A DNA stretch of 64,000 nucleotides from an uncultured virus (IMG/VR IMGVR_UViG_3300032268_000966) (IMGVR_UViG_3300032268_000966), one strand, 5' to 3'. Shown: positions 19,704 to 29,352, numbered from the stretch's first letter. The notes: a model not told the origin generated them from the letters alone. Program-made: numbers and translations.

Positions 19704-19885
19704 TTGTTATTTTTACTTTGAATATATTTTGCCTTTAAAATCTGTGCTCTTCTGACCACAGATTTTTTTATATATTCTTTTTTCTCGTTTAATTTTTGAT
19801 TTTGTTTAGTCTTTATTACCTTAGACTTTAATGTTTTTAGAGCTCTCTCTAAATTGTCCCCATTTTTAATGTTTATGATTATCAT
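19700..19885 (-). CDS. rpsU: Ribosomal protein bS21 (phage-encoded, Bacteroidota-type)
   Basis: MIIINIKNGDNLERALKTLKSK...EYIKKSVVRRAQILKAKYIQ aligns by eye with Bacteroidota bS21, including Tyr54. Confidence 0.88.
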   Translation of the reverse strand: MIIINIKNGDNLERALKTLKSKVIKTKQNQKLNEKKEYIKKSVVRRAQILKAKYIQSKNNN

Positions 19886-19984
19886 ATATTATAAAATATC
19901 TTGTAGTTTGAGAAAATTTTTGACTATTGGTGATATATGACTTATTCTTTTACAGAACATAAACATATATAATCATGAAAATTA

Positions 19985-20425
19985 ATGAAAAAAGGAAAAA
20001 GTGTAAAGTTAAATTTATACAATCCAATTAAATCCGTGTATGGTACTGTAGACTCAAAAAATTTAAAATCAGTATACATTAACATCCAATCATGGGTAAC
20101 TCCAAAAAAAGAATACGATAACTGGAATCGAGTAGTTTCTAGTTTAGGTAGAGAAATAAAACATTCTGTTTTCGAATCAATTAATACTAAACTATTTCAA
20201 GAAAAAAGTATTGTTGATTTAGACCTTAGAACAAGTGGAATCTCACACGGGAAAAAATCATTTTTCAATTTAGAGATTAACTTATACACCAATTCTGAAT
20301 TAGATTTTAAATCAATAGAAATTAAAGATTCAGTTAAATGTATAGTGAAATCAATCTTTAGAAATAACATTCAACCAAACAAATACTTTGAATTTTCAAC
20401 TTCAAAAAAGACCGATGACCAATAA
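19985..20425 (+). CDS. hypothetical protein
   Basis: 146-aa ORF divergent from bS21. Confidence 0.7.
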   Translation: MKKGKSVKLNLYNPIKSVYGTVDSKNLKSVYINIQSWVTPKKEYDNWNRVVSSLGREIKHSVFESINTKLFQEKSIVDLDLRTSGISHGKKSFFNLEINLYTNSELDFKSIEIKDSVKCIVKSIFRNNIQPNKYFEFSTSKKTDDQ

Positions 20426-20461
20426 ACTATTAATAACGGTATATTTATCATAAAAGATTAG

Positions 20462-21178
20462 ATGAAAAATTTAAGAATATTAGAGGCAAGCGAATTTGGT
20501 CACGGTATTTTAGTCGAGGCTGACGCAGGTTTTGTATCACCTAAAGATGCTCGTAATGAAAAGGTTCTAAGAGAAGCCAAAGAAATGGATTTTAGAAACC
20601 CATTTGAGTTTTATGCTGTTTTACAAAAATACGATACACCAAATAGAAACGGTAGAACCTATCCTGAAAGAATTCTTAAAAGAGAAGCTGAGAATTATAA
20701 AAAGGCAATTGACAAAGGATTATCGACTTCAGAGTTAAATCACCCTGAATCTTCTTTAATCGATTTAGATAGAGTGGCCCATTTAATTACAGAGATTTGG
20801 TGGGAAGGAAATATCTTAATGGGTAAGTTAAAATTATTAACATCTCCAGGATTCCACGAAAGAGGAATTGTATCAACTAAAGGTGACCAAGCAGCAAACT
20901 TAATGAGACAAGGTGTTACTATGGGGGTTTCTTCAAGAGGTGTAGGTTCACTTAAAAAAGTTGGAGAAAGAAATGAGGTTCAAGATGATTTTGAATTAAT
21001 ATGTTTTGACTTAGTTTCTTCGCCATCCACACCTGGAGCTTATTTATTTTCAAACCCTGAAGATAGAACAAAGTATGAAGAAAATTTAGATGAAGAAAAA
21101 AAACATAACCAAACTAATGAATATGTTGAAAAGTCAGTTGACTTAATGAAGAAATTAAACGATTTTTTAGGAAAATAA
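20462..21178 (+). CDS. Prohead core protease (T4 gp21-like)
   Basis: NRNGRTYP, ELNHP (His), GVSSRGVGS (Ser), DLVSSPS..GA. Confidence 0.95.
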   Translation: MKNLRILEASEFGHGILVEADAGFVSPKDARNEKVLREAKEMDFRNPFEFYAVLQKYDTPNRNGRTYPERILKREAENYKKAIDKGLSTSELNHPESSLIDLDRVAHLITEIWWEGNILMGKLKLLTSPGFHERGIVSTKGDQAANLMRQGVTMGVSSRGVGSLKKVGERNEVQDDFELICFDLVSSPSTPGAYLFSNPEDRTKYEENLDEEKKHNQTNEYVEKSVDLMKKLNDFLGK

Positions 21179-21190
21179 AAAAACACAAAC

Positions 21191-21403
21191 ATGGAAGAAA
21201 AGTATTTTGTTGCAAAAATTCAGTACGATTTACCTGACGAGAATTCAGGAAAGATTAAAAAAATTAGAGAAGAAAAATTAGTTAAAGGTTACTCAGTAAC
21301 AGACGTTGAGGCGAAAGTCACAAAGAAATATGAAGGGTTCACCCATGATTGGAGAATCACATCAGTTTCTGAAAGTAAAATCGATGAGGTTATTGAAAGT
21401 TAA
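21191..21403 (+). CDS. small protein, DUF4494-like
   Basis: YFVAKIQY...KKIREEKLVKGYSVTDVEAKV resembles the Bacteroidota DUF4494 repeat. Confidence 0.55.
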   Translation: MEEKYFVAKIQYDLPDENSGKIKKIREEKLVKGYSVTDVEAKVTKKYEGFTHDWRITSVSESKIDEVIES

Positions 21404-21423
21404 TTTATTAATTTAAAAAGTAT

Positions 21424-21450
21424 AAAAGTGGTCTTATGACCACTTTTTTT
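21424..21450 (+). terminator. Intrinsic (bidirectional) terminator
   Basis: AAAAGTGGTC-TTAT-GACCACTTTT plus T-tract. Confidence 0.8.
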
Positions 21451-21479
21451 ATTTAGTGGATATTTATAAATAAAGAAAT

Positions 21480-21590
21480 ATGAATTTCCAAGTAACATTT
21501 GAAGGAGCTTGGATTGGTTGCCAAGAAAATATTAAGACAAATAATATTCAATTTACAAATAAACTTTACGTAACGATGTATACAAAATGA
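21480..21590 (+). CDS. putative 36-aa small protein
   Basis: MNFQVTFEGAWIGCQENIKTNNIQFTNKLYVTMYTK*, directly after TATTTATA (21461-21468). Confidence 0.35.
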   Translation: MNFQVTFEGAWIGCQENIKTNNIQFTNKLYVTMYTK

Positions 21591-21639
21591 TTTTTTTTCA
21601 TTTTGATACTATTTATTAGTTAAAATAACCAATTTTTTC

Positions 21640-23274
21640 ATGCAAGAAAATAAAAATTTAGTACAAGAGGCACTCATTCAAATGAAAAACGTTGAAGAGG
21701 CTATTGCCGAAAATGCAAAGGGAATACTTGCTTCAACTATGAAGGAAGAAATCAATCAATTAGTAAAAGAATCTCTATCAGAACAAGACGATGAAGAAGA
21801 GGTTGACGTAGATGTAGACATGGATGACGACACAGAAGATGTGGACGTTGATATGGATGCTGATAATGCGGATGATATGGACATGGACTTAGATTTAGAC
21901 ATGGACATGGATTCTGAAGAAAGTCCAATAGATTTAACTGACGCTTCTGACGAAGAAATTCTTAAGGTGTTTAAGGCAATGGGTGAAGAAGACGGAATCA
22001 TCGTTAAAAAAGATGGTGACGATATTCACTTAACTGACAGTAACGCTGACCAAGAATATCTTGTTAAGCTTGGTGAGTCTGAAGAAGACACAAATTATGA
22101 TGACACTATGAATTTAGATGAAATCGATGAAATGGACGTTGACACAGAAGATGTGATTAACGCAATTTTTTCAAAAGACGGTGACGCTTCAGATATCGAA
22201 GTAGACCAAGACGAAGACGAAGTTATGTACGAAATTGAATTCGAAGAATCAGATGATGATGACATGATGGAAGAAGATGACGACGAAATGATGGAATCAG
22301 ATGATGATGACATGATGGAAGAAGATGACGACGAAATGATGGAATCAGATGATGATGACATGATGGAATCAGATGATGATGACATGATGGAATCAGATGA
22401 TGATGACGAAGATTTGGACGAATCTTACAACCAAAGAAGAACTGTTAGAGAAGGAAAGTCTACAGTAAAACCTAAAGGTGTTGGAATTGGCTCAGGCCCT
22501 AAATTTACTTACAAGACAAAATCTGTAGGTGGATTTAAAGAGGACAAAAAAGAAGGTCCTAAATCAGTGGGTACTGGTAAAGCAAAATTCGAATACAAGA
22601 AAGGTGCAAATATGGAAGGAAAATCCAAAGTTGTTAAGGCAGAAACAAAAGAAGGTGATTACGGAATGAACAAGGGTGATAAATCTAAAACTTTTAAAGG
22701 TGATAAAGATTACACTACTAAAAAAGGTGACACGTTAAAAAGAAAAGCTTTCGAAAAGGAAGAAACTAAAGAAGCTGCTAGAACTTATGGAATGGGTTCC
22801 AAAGAAGGTAGAGGTCTAAGAAAAGGCATCACAAATAACAGAAACTATGTTTATGGTAAAGGTGGTGTTAAAGTAGAATCTACTCAAGAAGAAGTTAATA
22901 TGTTGAGAGAAAAGAATGAAGAGTATAGAAAAGCGTTAAATGTTTTCAGAGAAAAACTTAACGAAGTTGCTATCTTCAACTCAAACTTGGCATATGCTAC
23001 AAGATTGTTCACTGAACATTCGACTACTAAGAAAGAGAAAATTAATATCTTAAGAAGATTTGACGATGTTGAAACTTTAAAAGAATCTAAAAATCTTTAT
23101 CAGTCAATCAAAGGTGAATTATCTAAAGGTGAAACTAAATCAATGAATGAATCAGTTGAAACGAAATTAACTAAACAAGTTACTTCAGGTTCATCAACTA
23201 CCTTAATTGAATCAAAAACTTATGAGAATCCTCAATTCATGAGAATGAAGGATTTGATGAGTAAGTTAGGGTAA
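21640..23274 (+). CDS. Prohead scaffold/core protein (gp22-like position)
   Basis: Highly acidic N-half, Lys/Gly-rich middle and coiled-coil C-terminus; lies between protease and MCP. Confidence 0.75.
   Translation: MQENKNLVQEALIQMKNVEEAIAENAKGILASTMKEEINQLVKESLSEQDDEEEVDVDVDMDDDTEDVDVDMDADNADDMDMDLDLDMDMDSEESPIDLTDASDEEILKVFKAMGEEDGIIVKKDGDDIHLTDSNADQEYLVKLGESEEDTNYDDTMNLDEIDEMDVDTEDVINAIFSKDGDASDIEVDQDEDEVMYEIEFEESDDDDMMEEDDDEMMESDDDDMMEEDDDEMMESDDDDMMESDDDDMMESDDDDEDLDESYNQRRTVREGKSTVKPKGVGIGSGPKFTYKTKSVGGFKEDKKEGPKSVGTGKAKFEYKKGANMEGKSKVVKAETKEGDYGMNKGDKSKTFKGDKDYTTKKGDTLKRKAFEKEETKEAARTYGMGSKEGRGLRKGITNNRNYVYGKGGVKVESTQEEVNMLREKNEEYRKALNVFREKLNEVAIFNSNLAYATRLFTEHSTTKKEKINILRRFDDVETLKESKNLYQSIKGELSKGETKSMNESVETKLTKQVTSGSSTTLIESKTYENPQFMRMKDLMSKLG
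22243..22408 (+). repeat. 24-nt coding tandem repeat (ESDDDDMM/EEDDDEMM)
   Basis: GAATCAGATGATGATGACATGATG and GAAGAAGATGACGACGAAATGATG units, about 7 copies. Confidence 0.9.
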
Positions 23275-23311
23275 AAAATAAAATAAATAAAACAAAAACA
23301 AATATTTTAAA

Positions 23312-25120
23312 ATGGGAGCATTATTAGAATCAGGTCTTGTTGGTAACATCGGTCTTAAGCACCTTAAAGTTATCAAAGAAGATACAATCAACAAATGGGA
23401 CAAATTAGGCTTTTTAGAAGGTCTTAAAGGTCACATGAGAGAAAACGTAGCTCAATTATACGAAAACCAAGCATCATTTTTAATTAATGAAGCATCATCT
23501 ACATCTGATACAGGTGCATTTGAAACTGTGGTTTTCCCAATTGTTAGACGTGTATTCTCTAAATTATTAGCAAACGACATCGTTTCAGTACAAGCAATGA
23601 ACTTACCAATTGGTAAATTATTCTACTTCGTACCTAACATTCAGGCGTACACTGACCCTGCAAACTTGGCGAACACAGGTATTCACTACCCTCCTTATGG
23701 TTCACCAAACGCAGCTGCGGACCAAACTCCAAACAGCGGTTACGACTACAACAACACTAAAGACCTTTACGATAGATTCTATGAAGGTAACGAACCAGCA
23801 TTAGACCCACCAGGTTTATTTGACTATTCTAAAGGACAATATTCTGCAATCACTGCAAACGTAACAACAGTTTCATGGTTAGCTGACCAATTAGTTCCTT
23901 CTGCATATACTCTTTCTGATTACAGAAAAGTATTAATAGTTATGTCAGGTTTCGCATCTGATGGAGCTGGTAAATTAATCGGTCCAGACGGTCAACCAAT
24001 GGATAATGAAGCTTTCTTATCTGATTTGACTATCTATGGTGTTGCTGGAAACGCAACAACTTCTGCTAACACAAATAACCCTTACTTATTCAGAGTTGTA
24101 ACTCAAAGATATGGTAAAGGTATCGTACAATACGGTAACAACAATTCAACTTTAGTATTCCCTAACAGTAAAACTGATGGTGGTCAATATGACAACTTAT
24201 GTGATGCTGAAGGAAAAATCTATTTAGAAGTTGATTTACAGGTACCAGTATGTATCACTTGTGGTGGTTCAATGGACGGTTACACAGGTTCTACATTTGA
24301 GTCTACAATCACAACTAACTCTCAAGCATTCTCTGCAAAATATAGAATCTATAAGAACTTAGAATTTGAAGATAGAATTGGTGAGGTTTCATTTGACTTA
24401 ATGTCAGTAACAGTTTCTGTAACTGAAAGAAAATTAAGAGCACAATGGTCTCCTGAAATGGCTCAAGACGTTGCGGCATTCCACAACATTGACGCTGAAG
24501 CTGAATTAACAGCATTATTATCTGAGCAAGTTGCAGCAGAAATCGATAGAGAAATCTTGAGAGATTTGAGAAAAGGTGCAGCTTGGAACTTAAGATGGGA
24601 TTACAATGGTTGGAAGAGACTGGGTTCAAGTGCAGTTCCATACACTCAAAAAGATTGGAACCAAACTTTAATCACAGCAATCAACCAAATTTCAGCTCAA
24701 ATCCACAAATCTACATTAAGAGGTGGAGCAAACTGGATTGTTGTTTCTTCTGAAATCAGTGCTATTTTTGATGACTTGGAATATTTCCACGTTTCAAATG
24801 CAGCTCCTGAGCAAGACCAATACAACATGGGTATTGAAAGAGTAGGTACATTAGCAGGTCGTTACCAAGTTTACAGAGACCCTTACTTCCCACCTAACCA
24901 AGTGTTAATGGGTCACAAAGGAACTTCTTTGTTAGATACAGGTTACATCTACGCACCGTACGTACCTCTACAATTAACTCCAACAATGTACAATCCATTC
25001 AACTTCACTCCAATCAAAGGTATCATGACTAGATACGCTAAGAAAATGGTGAACAACCGTTTCTACGGTAGAATCACAGTTGATGGTGTAAGAACATTTG
25101 ACTTGAGAGAATTAAGATAA
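23312..25120 (+). CDS. Major capsid protein (T4 gp23-like)
   Basis: PIVRRVF..L.ANDIVSVQAM, RKLRAQWSPEMAQDV.AFH.IDAEAEL..LLS, YAPYVPL, FTPIKGIMTRYA. Confidence 0.96.
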   Translation: MGALLESGLVGNIGLKHLKVIKEDTINKWDKLGFLEGLKGHMRENVAQLYENQASFLINEASSTSDTGAFETVVFPIVRRVFSKLLANDIVSVQAMNLPIGKLFYFVPNIQAYTDPANLANTGIHYPPYGSPNAAADQTPNSGYDYNNTKDLYDRFYEGNEPALDPPGLFDYSKGQYSAITANVTTVSWLADQLVPSAYTLSDYRKVLIVMSGFASDGAGKLIGPDGQPMDNEAFLSDLTIYGVAGNATTSANTNNPYLFRVVTQRYGKGIVQYGNNNSTLVFPNSKTDGGQYDNLCDAEGKIYLEVDLQVPVCITCGGSMDGYTGSTFESTITTNSQAFSAKYRIYKNLEFEDRIGEVSFDLMSVTVSVTERKLRAQWSPEMAQDVAAFHNIDAEAELTALLSEQVAAEIDREILRDLRKGAAWNLRWDYNGWKRLGSSAVPYTQKDWNQTLITAINQISAQIHKSTLRGGANWIVVSSEISAIFDDLEYFHVSNAAPEQDQYNMGIERVGTLAGRYQVYRDPYFPPNQVLMGHKGTSLLDTGYIYAPYVPLQLTPTMYNPFNFTPIKGIMTRYAKKMVNNRFYGRITVDGVRTFDLRELR

Positions 25121-25140
25121 TCATTATCTTATATTATACT

Positions 25141-25171
25141 AAAAAGGGTTCCCAATGGGGACCCTTTTTTT
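25141..25171 (+). terminator. Intrinsic terminator after MCP
   Basis: AAAAAGGGTTCCC-AAT-GGGGACCCTTTTT hairpin. Confidence 0.85.
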
Positions 25172-25191
25172 ATTTTATGATATTTATTAAA

Positions 25192-26433
25192 ATGATTAAG
25201 CAAAGTTGGAATATCGACACAGAAGAGGTTAAAAGAATATTAATGATGCATGAGAATGCAACAAAAAATTTATATCTTTTAAATGAACAAGATTCTTTAA
25301 AAAAAACAATTACAACAACTGCACAACCTAAAAAAATACCATTAGGTTCTCAAACATTTCCAAGCGGGCAATTTGATTTAAGGTTTCTTAATACAAATGT
25401 GATAAATGCAATTAAACCTCAAATTGATGAGTATTTTAAACAATTTCCTGAGAACCAATCAATAAATGTTCAAGTATCTGCCTCAGAATCAAAAGTTCCA
25501 AATCAAAAAGGATTTAATGTTGGAGATTTATCTCAAAGAAGAGGTGATACAATAACAAATTATTTAAAAACAATTTTACCTAAAAATGCTAATTATTTAC
25601 AGGTAAATAATTTAGGAGCAATTGGGCCTGAATGGAATCCAAGTTTAACTAAAGATTTTTCAGGATATACAAATAGCCAGTCAATAACAATTGATTTAAG
25701 TATTCAAGGTCAAAAATCTGAAACAATAGATTGTTTAGTTGATTTAAAAATTGCGTTAGATTATAAAAGAGAATGGTGTTTTTCTACACCTGCAGATTCG
25801 ATAAATAGTACTTTGTGGAAAGATGAAAGTAAATGTCATCAATGTAGTAATGCGATTTTTATTTTATATGCTAATGGAATTGCTTTAAATCCTCCAATAA
25901 ATTTAGATAATGGAAATGACGGGGGTTCAAGAGGTGGTGTTGCCACGATAACAAAAGAGCAAGCCTTAATAATTTTAAAGGGAAAAAATGAAATAGTTTT
26001 GTCTATGGGATGCTATTACGATGATTGTCATGCAGACCCCGCACATTTAACAATATCCAACAATAAGGGACAAGAGCTATTTAAAGGATTTGTTTCTCAT
26101 GGTGGAAAAAGACTTAGTAAGGAACCTAAATATTTAATGACTTTAAATAAATGTGGTGAAGTTATTGATAAGAAAAATGTAATTGATTGGGCTCAACCGA
26201 CTATACCAGGAAGAACTGTGGTAAATAAACAAGCTTTATGGAGATTTGATGGAAAAAATCCAATTGCATCTTATGCTAAAATTTATCGTGCGGTTGATAA
26301 TAAGGGTGTAATTATTGGCCCACAATTTGGAGAATATAATGGCCAAAAATGGAAAGAATTTGCCAACTATTTTAATTTAACAAAAGAAGATATTGTACAA
26401 ATTAAACAATATATTCAGCAAAATCCTCAATAA
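25192..26433 (+). CDS. hypothetical protein with an OmpA-like segment and Cys-rich C-half
   Basis: INVQVSASES...LSQRRGDTITNYL resembles the OmpA C-terminal motif; start moved to ATG 25192, after TATTTATT. Confidence 0.55.
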   Translation: MIKQSWNIDTEEVKRILMMHENATKNLYLLNEQDSLKKTITTTAQPKKIPLGSQTFPSGQFDLRFLNTNVINAIKPQIDEYFKQFPENQSINVQVSASESKVPNQKGFNVGDLSQRRGDTITNYLKTILPKNANYLQVNNLGAIGPEWNPSLTKDFSGYTNSQSITIDLSIQGQKSETIDCLVDLKIALDYKREWCFSTPADSINSTLWKDESKCHQCSNAIFILYANGIALNPPINLDNGNDGGSRGGVATITKEQALIILKGKNEIVLSMGCYYDDCHADPAHLTISNNKGQELFKGFVSHGGKRLSKEPKYLMTLNKCGEVIDKKNVIDWAQPTIPGRTVVNKQALWRFDGKNPIASYAKIYRAVDNKGVIIGPQFGEYNGQKWKEFANYFNLTKEDIVQIKQYIQQNPQ

Positions 26434-26654
26434 TTATTGTAAGTTTTAATTAAAGAATCTTTAACTGCTTCAGTTATTTTTAATGTTTTAATAATGGATT
26501 TATCAACGTCATTCATATGTTCCATAACATATTTGAATCTTCTTTCTTTCATTCTATTATATGTTTTTTTTGAAATTTGTCTTCCATTTTCAGAATAAAA
26601 TTTTTGAGTGGCACAAGATGAAAGTATTACAATTAAAAATATTAATTTTCTCAT
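26427..26654 (-). CDS. small lipoprotein
   Basis: MRKLIFLIVILSS-C lipobox; TATCTTTG at 26660-26667 just upstream. Confidence 0.7.
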   Translation of the reverse strand: MRKLIFLIVILSSCATQKFYSENGRQISKKTYNRMKERRFKYVMEHMNDVDKSIIKTLKITEAVKDSLIKTYNNY

Positions 26655-26816
26655 AGATACAAAGATATATAATTTTTTGTTTTCATCAAAAAAAATTTTA
26701 TTATATTTATCGTTAGATTTTAAGTTATCAGTCCCCAGCCATAATAAGCTGTTGAGTATTCACGGACACAAAGGTATTGGTAACGTAGTCATTAAACTAT
26801 TGTAAAATTTAACAAA

Positions 26817-27638
26817 ATGAATTACGCAACACAAGTGGGCAAACCGACTGCGCACATCACAAAGAAAAAGTCACGTCTAAAGGTCTATAACGGCCATCTT
26901 GTCTTTTTAAATGATAAAGACAACTTTGAATTCGAACTTCATAATCCAAAACAAAAATCAGTCCTTGTAAAGGTCAAATTGAATGGTGAATACATTTCTA
27001 CGAGTGGTATTGTATTAAAACCAGGTCAGAGGGTCTTTTTAGAACGTTTCCTTGACTCTAATAACAAGTTTGAGTTCAGTACCTATAAAGTTAAAGACAC
27101 GTCTGAAAACAGGTCTGCAATCGATTTAAACGGAGATGTTAGAATTGAGTTCTATGACGAACAAACGTCAAGGAATAATTTTGCAATATCATCAGGAACT
27201 ATCTATGGAAATGGTTTAGTATATGGAAGTCGTAGTAATGATTATATTCCACATTTTGGTACTACCATTAGTACTACAGGAGGAGTAGGATATTCAACAA
27301 CTACGTCAACTTATAATACATCAAATGCAACTTTTACAAGTTCTGATTTGAGAAGCAAATTTGATACGTCAAAAACGTTGTTGAACGGTAAACCCCGAAG
27401 TAAGAAAAGTAAGTCAATTGAAACGGGTATAGTCGAAAAAGGAAATGAATCAAATCAGTCATTTACCAATTCATATCAAGAATTTAATTATTATACATCG
27501 CATGAAGTTAATTTTAAGATTCAACCATCAAGTACAAAAAACAAAACCACAGAAGACATTAGACAATATTGTACTGAGTGTGGAACCAAGACAAAAACAA
27601 ACTTTAAGTTCTGTCCGTCTTGTGGAAATAAGTTATAA
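26817..27638 (+). CDS. hypothetical protein with C-terminal zinc ribbon
   Basis: YCTECG...FCPSCG. Confidence 0.75.
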   Translation: MNYATQVGKPTAHITKKKSRLKVYNGHLVFLNDKDNFEFELHNPKQKSVLVKVKLNGEYISTSGIVLKPGQRVFLERFLDSNNKFEFSTYKVKDTSENRSAIDLNGDVRIEFYDEQTSRNNFAISSGTIYGNGLVYGSRSNDYIPHFGTTISTTGGVGYSTTTSTYNTSNATFTSSDLRSKFDTSKTLLNGKPRSKKSKSIETGIVEKGNESNQSFTNSYQEFNYYTSHEVNFKIQPSSTKNKTTEDIRQYCTECGTKTKTNFKFCPSCGNKL

Positions 27639-27641
27639 ATG

Positions 27642-27669
27642 AAAAAGGGTCCCGTGAGACCCTTTTTTT
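27642..27669 (+). terminator. Intrinsic terminator
   Basis: AAAAAGGGTC-N6-GACCCTTTTT. Confidence 0.8.
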
Positions 27670-27695
27670 GTTTGTTAAACTATTTATAGAAACAC

Positions 27696-28379
27696 ATGGG
27701 ATTAAATAAGAAACATATTAAAGAAGCTACAGGTTCGGGAAGCTCGGGTCATTACAAAGTCCCTATTGTCCTTGCACCACAAGATTGGACTAAGGACCAA
27801 CTTGGCCCGTTTAATATTCCTGTTTACAAATACGATAATGCAGAATTGGCTTATGAAGAGGCTGATGGTGATTTTAAAGAAACTCCTAAAATGAGAAAAA
27901 AGATTGAAAATAGAACAGATAAATTGTCTCGTATTGATGCATATCTTAAGAGTTTCTATACAGGTCAGAACGATGAAGAAGGGTCAGCAATAAACCCAAC
28001 AATGAGTGGAGACCCATTAAAAGAGTCTTTTTTAAATGAGGACTTAGCCGTTTGGTTTGGAAAAAAGAAAGCTCCAAAAGGTAGTTCACAACCAAAAGGA
28101 CCATGGGTTAATATTTGTCGTAAAAAAGAAGGTGGTGGACATCCACCATGTGGTAGACCTGAGGCAAGTGATAAAGGATATCCTAAGTGTCGTGCCGCGG
28201 GTGTTGCCAGTAAAATGACCGATTCACAAAAAAGGTCAGCATGTCAACAAAAAAGAACGGCTGAAAAAACTCACTCTAAATCGGGTACAGGGAACAAACC
28301 TAAGATGACACATTACAAACCAAAAAATGAGTCAATAACTGAAACAATAAAAAGAGTTCTAAGGGAACATCTTAGTTAA
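27696..28379 (+). CDS. hypothetical protein with a basic Cys-rich C-terminal domain
   Basis: LAVWF...WVNIC...PCGR...YPKCR; C-terminal TIKRVLRE; TATTTATA upstream. Confidence 0.7.
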   Translation: MGLNKKHIKEATGSGSSGHYKVPIVLAPQDWTKDQLGPFNIPVYKYDNAELAYEEADGDFKETPKMRKKIENRTDKLSRIDAYLKSFYTGQNDEEGSAINPTMSGDPLKESFLNEDLAVWFGKKKAPKGSSQPKGPWVNICRKKEGGGHPPCGRPEASDKGYPKCRAAGVASKMTDSQKRSACQQKRTAEKTHSKSGTGNKPKMTHYKPKNESITETIKRVLREHLS

Positions 28380-28791
28380 GACCATTCAAAATACATTGTA
28401 ATGAATGTTTAATATTACGTCTTATTTCTTCTTGAATATTTTGTCTTTCTTCTTCTAATAGTGTGTCAAATCTCTTAACTACTTTTGTATATGAGGAAGA
28501 TTCTTGTACATATACGGTGTAAGAATAAACGTGATTAGTAATGTTGATTGTGTGATTGTTAATCACAACGAACATTTGTTTATCTTCATTTACTATAAAT
28601 CTAGTTGAAGATACAGGAGCGAATGTTAATTTAGATGATGAATTCTCTAATAGTTTTAAGCAAATTTGTACGCAATATTTTTCTTCATCCGTAATTTTTG
28701 GACTTTGGTCGAATTTATCTTTCAGTTTAAGATAAAATCTGAATAATAATCTTGTGAAGTACCCCACAGTTCTTTTGTCTTCTTTTTCCAT
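28372..28791 (-). CDS. hypothetical protein
   Basis: 139 aa; TAAATTTG (TAnnTTTG) at 28808-28815. Confidence 0.65.
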   Translation of the reverse strand: MEKEDKRTVGYFTRLLFRFYLKLKDKFDQSPKITDEEKYCVQICLKLLENSSSKLTFAPVSSTRFIVNEDKQMFVVINNHTINITNHVYSYTVYVQESSSYTKVVKRFDTLLEEERQNIQEEIRRNIKHSLQCILNGLN

Positions 28792-28875
28792 ATTAATATT
28801 TGAATAACAAATTTAAGAAACTTTTTCAAGTTTCCAAGTCATTTTCATTTTTATCTATGTTTACAGAATGAAAAG

Positions 28876-29352
28876 TTAACAATATGCACCTGAACAATGT
28901 CTTTTACCGTCTAATCCTTTTATTTTACCTTTACATACTTGAACGGCATACCCGTTTGCGTAAGCACTTGGATATACTTTAAATTTTGATTTTGCGGCTG
29001 ATTTGCCTCTTGAACAAAGTGGAGTTCCTGTTTTTTTTCTACCTTCATTAATGTCTTCATAATCCACATATTCAGATTCTTCTGACATTTTATTTTTGAA
29101 AAAATCAAATACTTGGTCAATATTGGTCTTGGCTTCAGATATATGGTCATCCGCCCAATCATGACCATTTTGAATTATGTCGTCAATTTTATTTGGGTCC
29201 ATATCCATCATCATCTCACATTGTCTTTTTATTTGTTCTAAGTTACTGAAGAACATATAATTAGCCAATTCTTGTTCTTGTTCTTGTTCTTTAAGAACTT
29301 TCATTACAAGATGGTTCAAATCTTTTTCTGTTAATTTCACTATTTTACTCAT
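28876..29352 (-). CDS. hypothetical protein with a basic Cys-rich C-terminal domain
   Basis: N-terminal KLTEKDL...KVLKEQ; C-terminal CSRGKSAAKSKFKVYPSAYANGYAVQVC. Confidence 0.7.
   Translation of the reverse strand: MSKIVKLTEKDLNHLVMKVLKEQEQEQELANYMFFSNLEQIKRQCEMMMDMDPNKIDDIIQNGHDWADDHISEAKTNIDQVFDFFKNKMSEESEYVDYEDINEGRKKTGTPLCSRGKSAAKSKFKVYPSAYANGYAVQVCKGKIKGLDGKRHCSGAYC

Noticed and set aside
21756..22385. Ser-rich minus-strand ORFs (also 11638-12360)
   Set aside because: Antisense of Asp/Glu-rich coding sequence.
22243..22408. Possible CRISPR array
   Set aside because: The repeats are contiguous and in-frame with no unique spacers; no cas genes are in the window.
15334..25120. Stop-codon reassignment, introns or inteins in core genes
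   Set aside because: Terminase, portal, protease and MCP are full length under the standard code, TAG and TGA act as stops, and no intein or intron motifs were seen.
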